In this document: in pieces, positions 13,665-22,840 of the stretch
Layout of the letters: the number at the start of each line of letters is the position of its first letter
Numbering within the stretch: the stretch's first letter is position 1
Source of the DNA: Novosphingobium pokkalii
GTDB taxonomy: Bacteria > Pseudomonadota > Alphaproteobacteria > Sphingomonadales > Sphingomonadaceae
DNA: 24,000 nt
Assembly: GCF_014652855.1 (NCBI RefSeq)
Contig: NZ_BMZP01000001.1
Coordinates: forward strand, 98,882-122,881
Reading direction: 5' to 3'
The notes under the pieces: generated by a model
What the model saw: only the letters and a program-made list of their open reading frames with translations
What the model was told of the DNA's origin: nothing
Databases searched by the model: none
Program-made: the position numbers and the translations under genes

Positions 13665-15983
13665 TCAGAACTTGAGCGTACCACGTACGCCATAAGTGCG
13701 TGGCGGGCGCAACTGGTTGTAGATCACGCCGGGCTTGCCCGGGCTTTGCGTGGAATTGGCAAAGACCAGCGCGTTTTCCAGGTTGTTGACGAAGCCGGTG
13801 ATGGCCAGCGAGCCCGGCGCATTTTCCCAGGTGAGGCGCGCGTTCGACATCATGTAGCTGCCCTGCCGCCCAAGATCGAGATAGTCGATCGACAGATAGC
13901 GGGAGCTTTCGATGCGCGTGTCGGCCGCCGCGATGATCCGGCCCGAGCCGCCCAGGTCGAACGTGTGGTCATAGCCGGCATTGACCACCCAGCGCGGGGC
14001 ATTGACCAGCGGCTTGCCCGAGCAGTCCACGGTATAGATCCGCGCCGCCGCGCTGGCGCCGACCAGCGCAGTCGGTGTGATCGCGCAGCCCACCACCGGC
14101 GCCGGTCCCGTGGTGGAATAGGCCTGGTACTTGAGGCTGTCATAGCTCGTGTGCAGGTATTGCACGTTGAGCGAGAACAGGTCGTTGCGCGTGGGCTGCC
14201 ACAGCACTTCGGCTTCCGCGCCATAGAGCTTGGCGGCCCCTGCGTTTTCGGTGGCATAGACCGGGCCATAGATCGCCCCGCCGGGCGTCTGGGCCACCTG
14301 CACCGGCGCCAGGTGCGAGATCTGCTGGTCGCGGTAATCCCAGTAGAAGCCTTCGACGTTGACCTGCAACGTATTGGCAAAGAAACGGTTCTTCGTGCCG
14401 ATCGTATAGGCCGTCAGCCGTTCCGGGCGGGAATAGTTCTGCCCCAGCGCGGAAAACAGGATGCCCGATTTGAAGCCGGTGGACACCGTTGCATAGAGCA
14501 GCGAGTGCGGCCCGGCATCGAATTCCATGCCGGCCTTCCAGGTCAGCTTGCTGAAACCGACATCGGTGGTCGCGTTGGTTTGCAAGTCGAGGATGATCGG
14601 CGTGAAATTGGGATAGGCAGGCGGCACGAAGCCGACGAAGGGATAAGTGTGCGCCTCGGTGATCTGCGTCTTGGTATCGTGGGTATAGCGCAGCCCGCCG
14701 GTCAGGCGCCAACGCGGGGTCAGCGAATAAGTCGCTTCGCCGAACGCGGCATAGCTGTCGGTGTCGAGATCGGAATTGATCCGCGTGCCGTTGTTGCCCT
14801 GGTTGAAATATTGCCGCGCCTTGACGCTTTCGGTGAAGTAATAGCCGCCCAGCACCCACTTGAGCTGCGCATTCTGGTTGCCCAACCGCGCTTCGAGCGA
14901 CATCTGGTCCGACTTTTCGGTCACGTCGATCAGGAAGCTGGACGAATAGTTGACGAAATCGAGATCGGTGCGCCGCCACGCCGGGATCACGGTCAGCTTG
15001 GCAAAGCCCAGATCGGCGTTCACCGTCACCAGCGCGCCGTAATACTTGTTGTTCTGATAGCCGTCATTGCGCGCGATGATCTGCGGCACCGGCGCGGTGG
15101 GCGAGCGTGACAGATATTCGGCCAGCACGCGCGGATCACTCGGCCCCAGCCGGTTCTTGCCATCGAGCAGAGGCATGATCGTGCCACCTGATCCCTTGCC
15201 GCCGACATCGCCATAGTCGACCATCAGGTTGGCATTGAAGCCGTCGCCGGTGTCAAAGCGCAACTGGCCGCGCACGGCGGTGGTGTCTTCATCGTCATAG
15301 CCGTCGCTGAAATAGCCATCGTGCTGCGCGTGCTGGCCGGAAATGCGCAGCGCCGCCTGCGGGCCGAGCGGCAGGTTGACTGCGCCCGAGGCCTTGATCG
15401 CGTTGTAGTTGCCATATTCGCCGGTGACGAAGCCCGATGCCTCGCCCAGCTTGGGCTTGGCCGTGATCAGGTTGACCGCGCCGCCCGTGGCGTTGCGGCC
15501 ATAGAGCGTGCCTTGCGGCCCCTTGAGCACTTCCATCCGCTCCAGGTCATAGAACAGCGCGGCGGGGGCGGCGGGGCGCGAGAGATAGACGCCGTCGAGG
15601 TTGAAGGCCACGCCCTGTTCGGCGAAGGCATTGGCACCGAAGGTGCCGATGCCGCGCAAGTAGATCTGGGTGAACGAGGCGGCCGGCGCCACTTGCAGCG
15701 CCGGAACCAGGCGCGTGAGATCGTCGGCACGAGTCACGCTCTGCTTGGTCAGCACGTCGCCAGCCACGGCGCTCACCGGAATGGCGGCGCGTTGCAGGTT
15801 TTCGGTGCGGCGCTGCGCGGTCACGACGATTTCGGCGAGGCCGGCGGGCGCTGGTTGCTGGGCCTGGTCAGGTGCGGCCGGTTGCTGTGCCGCCTGTGCC
15901 TGCGCGGCATGGGCGGACACCGGCAGTGCCAGTACGGCGGCAAGCGCCAGCAACGACGCGACGGGGCGAATTTCGGAACGCAA
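13665..15983 (-). CDS. TonB-dependent receptor (full length, 772 aa)
   Basis: TTG start at 15983 with GGGAGAGG 4 nt upstream. Signal peptide ...LALPVSAHA/AQ, followed by an Ala/Gln/Pro-rich linker. TonB-box/plug region: LAEIVVTAQRRTENLQ...RGIG...MEVLKGPQGTLYGRNATGGAVN. C-terminus ends in ...LKF. Confidence 0.9.
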   Translation of the reverse strand: MRSEIRPVASLLALAAVLALPVSAHAAQAQAAQQPAAPDQAQQPAPAGLAEIVVTAQRRTENLQRAAIPVSAVAGDVLTKQSVTRADDLTRLVPALQVAPAASFTQIYLRGIGTFGANAFAEQGVAFNLDGVYLSRPAAPAALFYDLERMEVLKGPQGTLYGRNATGGAVNLITAKPKLGEASGFVTGEYGNYNAIKASGAVNLPLGPQAALRISGQHAQHDGYFSDGYDDEDTTAVRGQLRFDTGDGFNANLMVDYGDVGGKGSGGTIMPLLDGKNRLGPSDPRVLAEYLSRSPTAPVPQIIARNDGYQNNKYYGALVTVNADLGFAKLTVIPAWRRTDLDFVNYSSSFLIDVTEKSDQMSLEARLGNQNAQLKWVLGGYYFTESVKARQYFNQGNNGTRINSDLDTDSYAAFGEATYSLTPRWRLTGGLRYTHDTKTQITEAHTYPFVGFVPPAYPNFTPIILDLQTNATTDVGFSKLTWKAGMEFDAGPHSLLYATVSTGFKSGILFSALGQNYSRPERLTAYTIGTKNRFFANTLQVNVEGFYWDYRDQQISHLAPVQVAQTPGGAIYGPVYATENAGAAKLYGAEAEVLWQPTRNDLFSLNVQYLHTSYDSLKYQAYSTTGPAPVVGCAITPTALVGASAAARIYTVDCSGKPLVNAPRWVVNAGYDHTFDLGGSGRIIAAADTRIESSRYLSIDYLDLGRQGSYMMSNARLTWENAPGSLAITGFVNNLENALVFANSTQSPGKPGVIYNQLRPPRTYGVRGTLKF

Positions 15984-16050
15984 GATGCCTCTCCCTGCAT
16001 GTTGTTTATTGGGGGCAGTGTCGCGATCCGCTTGCCATAATGGAAATGAT

Positions 16051-16085
16051 TTGTTTTTATTGGTTCCAATCTGTAAAAATTATGG
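16051..16085 (+). promoter_or_regulatory. Candidate sigma70-type promoter of the NodD-type regulator with a palindrome in its spacer
   Basis: -35-like TTGTTT (16051-16056), a 17-nt spacer, and -10-like TAAAAA (16074-16079). The perfect palindrome ATTGG-TT-CCAAT (16059-16070) fills the spacer. Outer inverted repeat: CCATAAT (16035-16041) and ATTATGG (16079-16085). This is the most AT-rich stretch I noticed. Confidence 0.35.
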
Positions 16086-16091
16086 TGAGCC

Positions 16092-17024
16092 ATGCGCTTC
16101 AAGGGTCTCGATCTCAATCTCCTGATCTGCCTCGATGCGCTGCTCGATCTGCGCAACGTAACGCGCGCGGCCGAGCATCTCAGCCTCAGCCAGCCGGCCA
16201 TCAGCGCAGCGCTCGCGCGGCTGCGCACCTTCTTTGCCGATCCGCTATTGGTGCAGAACGGCAAGCGCATGATGCCCACGCCCTTTGCCCTGCGCCTGCA
16301 ACCGGCGATCCGCGCCATTCTCGAGGATGTCGATGGGCTCGTTGGCAGTTCCCCGCATTTCGATCCCGCCAGCAGCACGCGCGATTTTCGCATCTGCCTG
16401 TCCGATTACCTTGCCAGCGTGCTGCTCGCGCCGTTGCTGCGCCATCTTGCGCAAGTTGCGCCGGGGGTGCGGATCGACATGGTACCCTTGAGCGACGATG
16501 CGACCCAACGGCTGGACCGTGGCGAGATCGACCTGCTGTTGACCCCCGATAGTTATGTCAGTGACGAGCACCCGTCAGAACTGCTGTTCGAGGAGGAGCA
16601 CGTGGTGGTTGGCTGGCGCGGCAATCCGGTGATGGGCGGGCCGATCGATGTTGCCGCATTCGTGGCCGCCGGCCATGTCGCGGTGGAGATCGGCCGGTTC
16701 AACCGGGTGTCCTTTGCCGAAAGCTACATGCGCGCGCAAGGGATCGAGCGGCGGGTGGAAGTGCGCGTGGCGGCCTTCACGATCATTCCCGAACTGCTCG
16801 AAGGAACCATGCGCCTGGCTGTGATGCACGGGCGCTTGGCGGCCAAGGCTGCGCGCCACTGGCCTGTGTCTGTGGCGCCGCTGCCCTTTGCCATTCCACC
16901 GATGCGCGAAATGGTGCAGTTCCACCGCGCCCGTGCGGAAGACGCCGGGCTGCGCTGGCTGATCGATTCTTTCCACGCCGTCGCGCGTGGCGAAGGGGAT
17001 GGACCGGTTCCTGCGTTGGTTTAG
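16092..17024 (+). CDS. LysR-family regulator of the NodD/NahR subtype, 310 aa
   Basis: The N-terminus MRFKGLDLNLLICLDALLDLRNVTRAAEHLSLSQPAISAALARLRTFFADPLL closely matches the recalled NodD N-terminus (MRFKGLDLNLLVALDAL...LSQPAMSAAIARLR). Divergent from the TonB-dependent receptor. Confidence 0.85.
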   Translation: MRFKGLDLNLLICLDALLDLRNVTRAAEHLSLSQPAISAALARLRTFFADPLLVQNGKRMMPTPFALRLQPAIRAILEDVDGLVGSSPHFDPASSTRDFRICLSDYLASVLLAPLLRHLAQVAPGVRIDMVPLSDDATQRLDRGEIDLLLTPDSYVSDEHPSELLFEEEHVVVGWRGNPVMGGPIDVAAFVAAGHVAVEIGRFNRVSFAESYMRAQGIERRVEVRVAAFTIIPELLEGTMRLAVMHGRLAAKAARHWPVSVAPLPFAIPPMREMVQFHRARAEDAGLRWLIDSFHAVARGEGDGPVPALV

Positions 17025-17082
17025 AACGACCGTGTCAGCAGCGCGCTGGCGCTACAAAAGCACTTGGGAGGAAATCGATCCG

Positions 17083-17550
17083 ATGACGAATGCAGACCTG
17101 CATATCCGCCGCGAAACGGCCGTAAGCATGGCGATCAACACCGTGCTGAGCGGTGTCTTTTTCCTGGTGGCATTCGGGTTCGTCAATCCCGTGCCGGTCT
17201 GGGGCGTCGGGCACTTCGTCTTCGATTTCTGGGTGCAAGCCTTTGCGGTGGCATTCATGGGCACGCTGGTTCCTTGCGCGCTCTCGCGCCGGGCGCTGCG
17301 CTCCGGGCGCGTCGCTTCGCGTCCGTCGTCCATCCGCCTTCCGGCCAACCTCTTCCTGCGCTCCGTGGTGCTGGCCTTGCCGGCTGCGGTCCTGTCGCTG
17401 GCGATCGGCGCCGTGCTGTTCCGGGCGCTGGGCGTGGCACACATCGACTGGAACATCGCGCTGGCGATCAAGCTTGCCTTTGGCGCTGGCCTGGCGCTGG
17501 TGATCACCAGCCTTGCCCTGCGCGCCACCCTGGCCGAGGCGCAGGGCTAG
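17083..17550 (+). CDS. Hypothetical integral membrane protein, about 4 TM helices, 155 aa
   Basis: ATG at 17083 with GGGAGG at 17065-17070. Four hydrophobic stretches: AVSMAINTVLSGVFFLVAFGF, FVFDFWVQAFAVAFMGTLVPCAL, LFLRSVVLALPAAVLSLAIGAVLF, IALAIKLAFGAGLALVITSLAL. I recognise no family. The 16987 start would overlap the regulator gene. Confidence 0.55.
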   Translation: MTNADLHIRRETAVSMAINTVLSGVFFLVAFGFVNPVPVWGVGHFVFDFWVQAFAVAFMGTLVPCALSRRALRSGRVASRPSSIRLPANLFLRSVVLALPAAVLSLAIGAVLFRALGVAHIDWNIALAIKLAFGAGLALVITSLALRATLAEAQG

Positions 17551-17557
17551 GGCCCGT

Positions 17558-20500
17558 TCAGACCATCGCCATCAGGCTGGCGTTGCCGCCGGCCGCCGTG
17601 GTGTTGATCGACAGGCTCACTTCCTCCAGCAGCAGGTCGAGCGGATAGGCGCCGTGCTCGTCGGCCGCATGCAGCGCCACGATCATACCGTCGCGCGCTG
17701 CCAAGGCCTGGGCAACCGCCTGCGCCGGTTCGCCAGCCTGTTCCACCAACGCGGCGGCCAGGTCGGCCTCGCTCTTGGAAGCAAACGTGATCCGCTCCGC
17801 CACTGCGGCAGGAAACCCTGCGGGTAGGGCGCCCAGCGGTGCGCCAGCCGCGATCACCGCGCGATTGCCGGTGGCGAGCACCGCACCGACCTGCCGCCAC
17901 AGCCCGTCCAGAGTGGTGGCATGAAGCCCGATTGCCCCACGCGGCGCCAGGCGGTAGCGGTTGCTTTCGCCCACCGGTCCCGGCAGTTCCACATCCAGCC
18001 CCAGCCGGCTGCGCGCGGCATCGGCGCGGATGGCTGCGGCCAGCGCGGCCTTGCCTTCGCTTTCCAGCCAATCGGCCAGGATCGCTGCGGCCGGATCGGG
18101 CAGAGTCGCGGCCCCGGCGAGCGCGGGCGGCGTCGCCATCGCGCCGCGTACCAGGCGCGCCAGGTAGAGTGGTCCGCCGGCCTTGGGACCAGTGCCCGAT
18201 AGGCCCCGCCCACCGAACGGCTGCACGCCGACCACCGCGCCGATGGTGTTGCGGTTGACATAGAGGTTGCCCGCTTCCACCGCGCGCGTCACGCGGGCCA
18301 CGGTATCATCGAGCCGGGTATGCAGGCCGAACGTCAGGCCATAGCCGGTGGCGTTGATCGCGCCGATCAGGCGGTCAAGATCGCGCGCGGCAAAGCGCAC
18401 CACGTGCAGCACCGGGCCGAACACTTCGCGGCCCAGTGCCTCGATGCCGGGAATTTCGATCAGCGTCGGTGCCACGAACGTGCCATGATCGCAGGCGGCG
18501 GGCAGGGGCAGGCGGTGGACGATCGCCCCGCGCTGCGCCATCGCCGCGACATGCGCCTCAATCCCGTCGCGCGCCTGCGCGGTGATCACCGGGCCAACAT
18601 CGGTCGCCAGTTCATCCGGATTGCCCAGCGCCAGTTCGGCCATGGCCCCGCGCAGCATCGCCAGAGTGCGGTCGGCGACGTCGTCTTGCAGGCACAGCAC
18701 GCGCAGCGCCGAACAGCGCTGCCCTGCGCTGTCGAATGCCGAGGCGATGACGTCGGCTACCACCTGCTCGGCCAGCGCCGAGGAATCCACGATCATCGCG
18801 TTCTGCCCGCCGGTTTCGGCGATCAGCGGGATTGGTCGCCCCTGCGCATCGGCGCGCGAGGCCAGGGTGCGCTGGATGATCCGTGCCACTTCGGTCGATC
18901 CGGTGAACATCACCGCCGCCACGCCCGGTGCCTCCACCAGCGCCGCACCGATCGCGCCGTCGCCGGGCACCAGATGCAGCGCCTCGGCAGGAATGCCGGC
19001 GGCGTGGAACAGGCGCACCATCTGTGCCGCGATCAGCGGGGTTTCCTCGGCCGGCTTGGCCAGCACCGGATTGCCCGCCACCAGCGCGGCGGCGACTTGC
19101 CCGGCAAAGATCGCCAGCGGAAAATTCCAGGGCGAGATGCACACCACCGGGCCAAGCGGGCGGGTATGGGCCAGCCCGCTGCGCGCCTGGGCTGCATAAT
19201 AGCGCAGGAAATCCACCGCTTCGCGCACTTCGCCCACGGCATTTGCGGCGGTCTTGCCCGCCTCGCGCATGATCAGGCCGAGCAGGGCCGGGGCTTCTTC
19301 TTCCAGCAGGCCCGCCGCGCGTTCCAGCATCACCGCGCGCGCCGCCACGGGCGTTGCCGCCCAGACCGGCGCGGCGGCTTGCGCAGCGGCCACGGCGGCA
19401 CGCGCCTCGTCCGCCGTCATCGGCCAGACATGGCCCACCACATCGCGGTGATCGGCCGGATTGCGCACCGCTTCGCCGGCGTCTGCGTCACCGGGCGTGC
19501 CCGCTTGCCAGTCCGTTGCCGCGCTTGCGGCAAGGCGCGGCGCCAGGTTGGCTAGCACGGCCTCGTCGGCCAGGTCGATCCCGGCTGAATTGCGCCGCTC
19601 GGCAAAGAGCCGGGCGGGCAGGGCGACCGCCGCATGCGGCGCGCCGGGATCGCTGGCGGCCGCCACAGTGGCAGCCGGATCGGCGACCAGTTCGGCCACC
19701 GACACCGCCGGATCGTTGATGCGGTTGACGAACGAGGAATTGGCACCGTTTTCCAGCAGGCGTCGCACCAGATAGGCCAGCAGCGTCTCGTGCGTGCCCA
19801 CCGGCGCATAGACGCGGCACGGGCGGTTGAGCTTGTCCGCGCCCACGACCTGGTCATAGAGCCCTTCGCCCATGCCATGCAGGCACTGGAACTCGTAGTC
19901 GCCGATGCTGAAATCCGGCCCGGCGAGATGGAGCACGCTGGCCACCGATTGCGCGTTGTGCGTGGCAAACTGCGGGAACACCACGTCGCGCGCGGCGAGC
20001 AGCTTGCGCGCGCAGGCGACATAGGCCAGGTCGGTGTGAACCTTCTGGGTATAGACCGGAAAGTCGCTCAGCCCATCGACTTGCGCACGCTTGATTTCCG
20101 CGTCCCAATAGGCGCCCTTGACCAGCCGCACCATGATCCGCCGCTTGGCCCGCTGCGCCAGATCGACGATCCAGTCGATCACGAAGGGGCAGCGCTTCTG
20201 ATAGGCCTGGACCACGAAACCCAGCCCGTTCCAGCCCGCCAAGTCGGCGTCCAGCGCCAGGCTTTCCAGCAGGTCGAGCGACAGTTCCAGCCGATCGGCT
20301 TCCTCGGCATCGATGTTGAGGCCGATGTCGTAAGCCTTGGCCATCAGGCACAGCGCCTTCACGCGGGGCAGCAGCTCGGCCTTGACCCGCTCCACCTTGG
20401 CGCGGGCATAGCGCGGGTGCAGGGCGGACAGCTTGATCGAAATGCCCGGCCCGCCATAGATGCCACGCCCGGCGCTGGCCTGGCCGATGGCATCGATCGC

Positions 20501-21205
20501 CTGTTCGTAGGAGGCGTTGTAGCGGTCCGCATCGGCCGCGGTCATCGCGGCTTCGCCCAGCATGTCATAGGAAAAGGCAAAGCCCTTGGCTTCGCGCGGG
20601 GCAGCGCGGCGCAGCGCTTCGGCGATGGTCTCGCCGGTCACGAACTGTTCGCCCATCATCCGCATGGCGGCATCCACCGCGCGGCGGATGACCGGCTCGC
20701 CCATCCGCGCGATCAGGCGCGTCAGGCTGGCGCCAAGGCCATTCTCGTCTTCGGCCTGGACCAGCCGCCCGGTCACCAGCAGGCCCCACGAGGCGGCATT
20801 GACGAACAGCGGGCGATCCTTGCCGACATGGCCGCGCCAGTCGCCCGGTGCGATCTTGTCACGGATCAGCGCATCGCGCGTGGCCACGTCGGGGATACGC
20901 AGCAGCGCCTCGGCCAGGCACATCAGCGCCACGCCTTCCGGGCTGCTCAGCGCATATTCCTGCACCAGCGATTGCACCGCGCCCGGCCGGGCATCGGCCC
21001 GCAGTTGCGTGATCAGCGCGCCGGCCGTCGCTGCGATCGGCGCCTTGAGCGCTTCGGGCACGCTGGCTTGCGGCAGCAGCGCGGCAACGCAGGCCCGCTC
21101 GGCGCGGCGCGTGGCCGCGGTGATCGCGGCGCGCAACGGGCTTTGCCCGGCAAGCGGGGTGAAGAAGCGGGCGAAAGGCTGGCTGGCGGGCGCGGTCTGA
21201 TCCAT
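17558..21205 (-). CDS. putA: Bifunctional proline dehydrogenase / L-glutamate-gamma-semialdehyde (P5C) dehydrogenase PutA, 1215 aa, no N-terminal RHH domain
   Basis: PRODH region: QEYALSSPEGVALMCLAEALLRIPD...YDMLGEAA...SIKLSALHPRY. ALDH region: FTGSTEVAR, ETGGQNAMIVDSSAL and catalytic Cys in AGQRCSALRVL. A long C-terminal domain is present. Translation starts directly in the PRODH arm/linker region. Confidence 0.95.
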   Translation of the reverse strand: MDQTAPASQPFARFFTPLAGQSPLRAAITAATRRAERACVAALLPQASVPEALKAPIAATAGALITQLRADARPGAVQSLVQEYALSSPEGVALMCLAEALLRIPDVATRDALIRDKIAPGDWRGHVGKDRPLFVNAASWGLLVTGRLVQAEDENGLGASLTRLIARMGEPVIRRAVDAAMRMMGEQFVTGETIAEALRRAAPREAKGFAFSYDMLGEAAMTAADADRYNASYEQAIDAIGQASAGRGIYGGPGISIKLSALHPRYARAKVERVKAELLPRVKALCLMAKAYDIGLNIDAEEADRLELSLDLLESLALDADLAGWNGLGFVVQAYQKRCPFVIDWIVDLAQRAKRRIMVRLVKGAYWDAEIKRAQVDGLSDFPVYTQKVHTDLAYVACARKLLAARDVVFPQFATHNAQSVASVLHLAGPDFSIGDYEFQCLHGMGEGLYDQVVGADKLNRPCRVYAPVGTHETLLAYLVRRLLENGANSSFVNRINDPAVSVAELVADPAATVAAASDPGAPHAAVALPARLFAERRNSAGIDLADEAVLANLAPRLAASAATDWQAGTPGDADAGEAVRNPADHRDVVGHVWPMTADEARAAVAAAQAAAPVWAATPVAARAVMLERAAGLLEEEAPALLGLIMREAGKTAANAVGEVREAVDFLRYYAAQARSGLAHTRPLGPVVCISPWNFPLAIFAGQVAAALVAGNPVLAKPAEETPLIAAQMVRLFHAAGIPAEALHLVPGDGAIGAALVEAPGVAAVMFTGSTEVARIIQRTLASRADAQGRPIPLIAETGGQNAMIVDSSALAEQVVADVIASAFDSAGQRCSALRVLCLQDDVADRTLAMLRGAMAELALGNPDELATDVGPVITAQARDGIEAHVAAMAQRGAIVHRLPLPAACDHGTFVAPTLIEIPGIEALGREVFGPVLHVVRFAARDLDRLIGAINATGYGLTFGLHTRLDDTVARVTRAVEAGNLYVNRNTIGAVVGVQPFGGRGLSGTGPKAGGPLYLARLVRGAMATPPALAGAATLPDPAAAILADWLESEGKAALAAAIRADAARSRLGLDVELPGPVGESNRYRLAPRGAIGLHATTLDGLWRQVGAVLATGNRAVIAAGAPLGALPAGFPAAVAERITFASKSEADLAAALVEQAGEPAQAVAQALAARDGMIVALHAADEHGAYPLDLLLEEVSLSINTTAAGGNASLMAMV

Positions 21206-21309
21206 AGCGCCATGGTATCATGCCGCGTTCAGGCCATCGGTCCTATTTCGCCTCTGGAGCAGGCTAAACGATCTGAAAGCAGCGCCCCAAACAGGCCGCA
21301 TTGCTGCGA

Positions 21310-21660
21310 TCAGGCAGTCGCAGCGGTCACCACGATTTCCACGCGCCAGGCCGGATCGGCCAGGCGGGCCTGCCCGGTGGCGCGGGCCGGCGGCGGCACA
21401 TCGGCGACAAAGCCATCCCAGGCGCGGTTCATCTCGTCGAAATCGCCCATATCAGCCAGCCAGATCATCGCCGAAAGCATGTGGGCCTTGCTGCTGCCCG
21501 CCAGGCCCAACAGTCGCTCGATCTCGGCCAGCGCGGTCTGCGTCTGCTCGAACACGCTCTGACCAGCCTCGCCCACTTGCCCGGCCAGATAGACCGTGCC
21601 GTTGTGGACCACGGCCTCGCTCATGCGCGGGCCTTGTTCGATGCGGGTGATGGCAGACAT
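21310..21660 (-). CDS. RidA/YjgF/Rid-family protein, 116 aa
   Basis: MSAITRIEQGPRMSEAVVHNGTVYLAGQVGE...MIWLADMGDFDEMNRAW...ARATGQARLADPAWRVEIVVTA is typical of the family. ATG at 21660 with GAGG upstream. The longer 211-aa ORF runs into rnpB. Confidence 0.8.
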   Translation of the reverse strand: MSAITRIEQGPRMSEAVVHNGTVYLAGQVGEAGQSVFEQTQTALAEIERLLGLAGSSKAHMLSAMIWLADMGDFDEMNRAWDGFVADVPPPARATGQARLADPAWRVEIVVTAATA

Positions 21661-21689
21661 GCGGAAGCCTCTGGCAGGAAGGGAGAATG

Positions 21690-22116
<427 letters not shown>

Positions 22117-22120
22117 CGGG

Positions 22121-22825
22121 TCACCTAGCATGGCCCAGGTCGCGCGCCAACAGCAGTTCGAACAGCAAGGCACCGATTTGTCCGTCCACCTGCCCATCGA
22201 TCTTGTGCGGGCGCCAGCGCCGCTGGAATGCCGCCACAGCTGCTTCCTTGTCGCTCACGTCATAGCCAAAGCGTTCCAACGCCAGGAAAAACGCGCCCTC
22301 GTTGTCATAGAGCAGGCGCATCCTGGGGCGCGGGCGGGGCAGGGTGAGGTTGTAGCGGGCGAGCATGTCCCAATCGAACAGTTCGCCCGGGTCCAGCTTG
22401 CGCGCCGGCGCCACATCGGAATGGCCGACCACGTTGGCACGCGGGATGTCATGCCGGCGCACGATATCGCCCAGCAGCGGCACCAGCGCTTCCATCTGCG
22501 CATCGGGAAACGGGCGATAGCCGAATTCGTGGCCGGGATTGACCAGCTCGATGCCCACGCTCGCGGAATTGACGTCGGTGATCCCGCGCCAGAAGCTGCG
22601 CCCGGCATGCCAGGCGCGCTTGCTTTCATCGACCAGGCGCACGACGGTGCCGTCCTCGTCGATCAGATAGTGCGCGGAAACTTCCGCTGCCGGGTCTTTC
22701 AGCCGCTCCAGCGCCTGCGCCGCGCTCTGCATCCCGGTGTAATGCAGCACCACCATCGATACCGGCAGCCGCCGCTCGTTGAAATTGGGCGACGGTTCCT
22801 CGCGGTGGACCAGCCAGCGGTTCAT
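22121..22825 (-). CDS. N-acetylmuramoyl-L-alanine amidase, AmpD/AmiD type (amidase_2), with a C-terminal PG-binding-like tail
   Basis: SPNFNER...VVLHYTGM...SAHYLIDEDGTVV...AWHAG.S.W...NSASVGIELVN...VVGHSDVAP.RK.DPG is the amidase_2 signature. The C-terminal FLALERFGYDV...AAVAAFQRRWRP resembles a peptidoglycan-binding repeat. Confidence 0.9.
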   Translation of the reverse strand: MNRWLVHREEPSPNFNERRLPVSMVVLHYTGMQSAAQALERLKDPAAEVSAHYLIDEDGTVVRLVDESKRAWHAGRSFWRGITDVNSASVGIELVNPGHEFGYRPFPDAQMEALVPLLGDIVRRHDIPRANVVGHSDVAPARKLDPGELFDWDMLARYNLTLPRPRPRMRLLYDNEGAFFLALERFGYDVSDKEAAVAAFQRRWRPHKIDGQVDGQIGALLFELLLARDLGHAR

Positions 22826-22840
22826 GCGGCCCTGGGGCGC

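Noticed and set aside
15984-16091. A rhizobial-type nod box upstream of the NodD-like regulator or receptor
   Set aside because: I could not find the ATC-N9-GAT repeats that define nod boxes. Only unrelated palindromes (ATTGGTTCCAAT and CCATAAT/ATTATGG) are present.
16987-17082. Longer 187-aa start for the membrane protein
   Set aside because: It would overlap the last 38 nt of the LysR gene and adds a non-hydrophobic Arg/Trp-rich leader. ATG 17083 has a GGGAGG SD.
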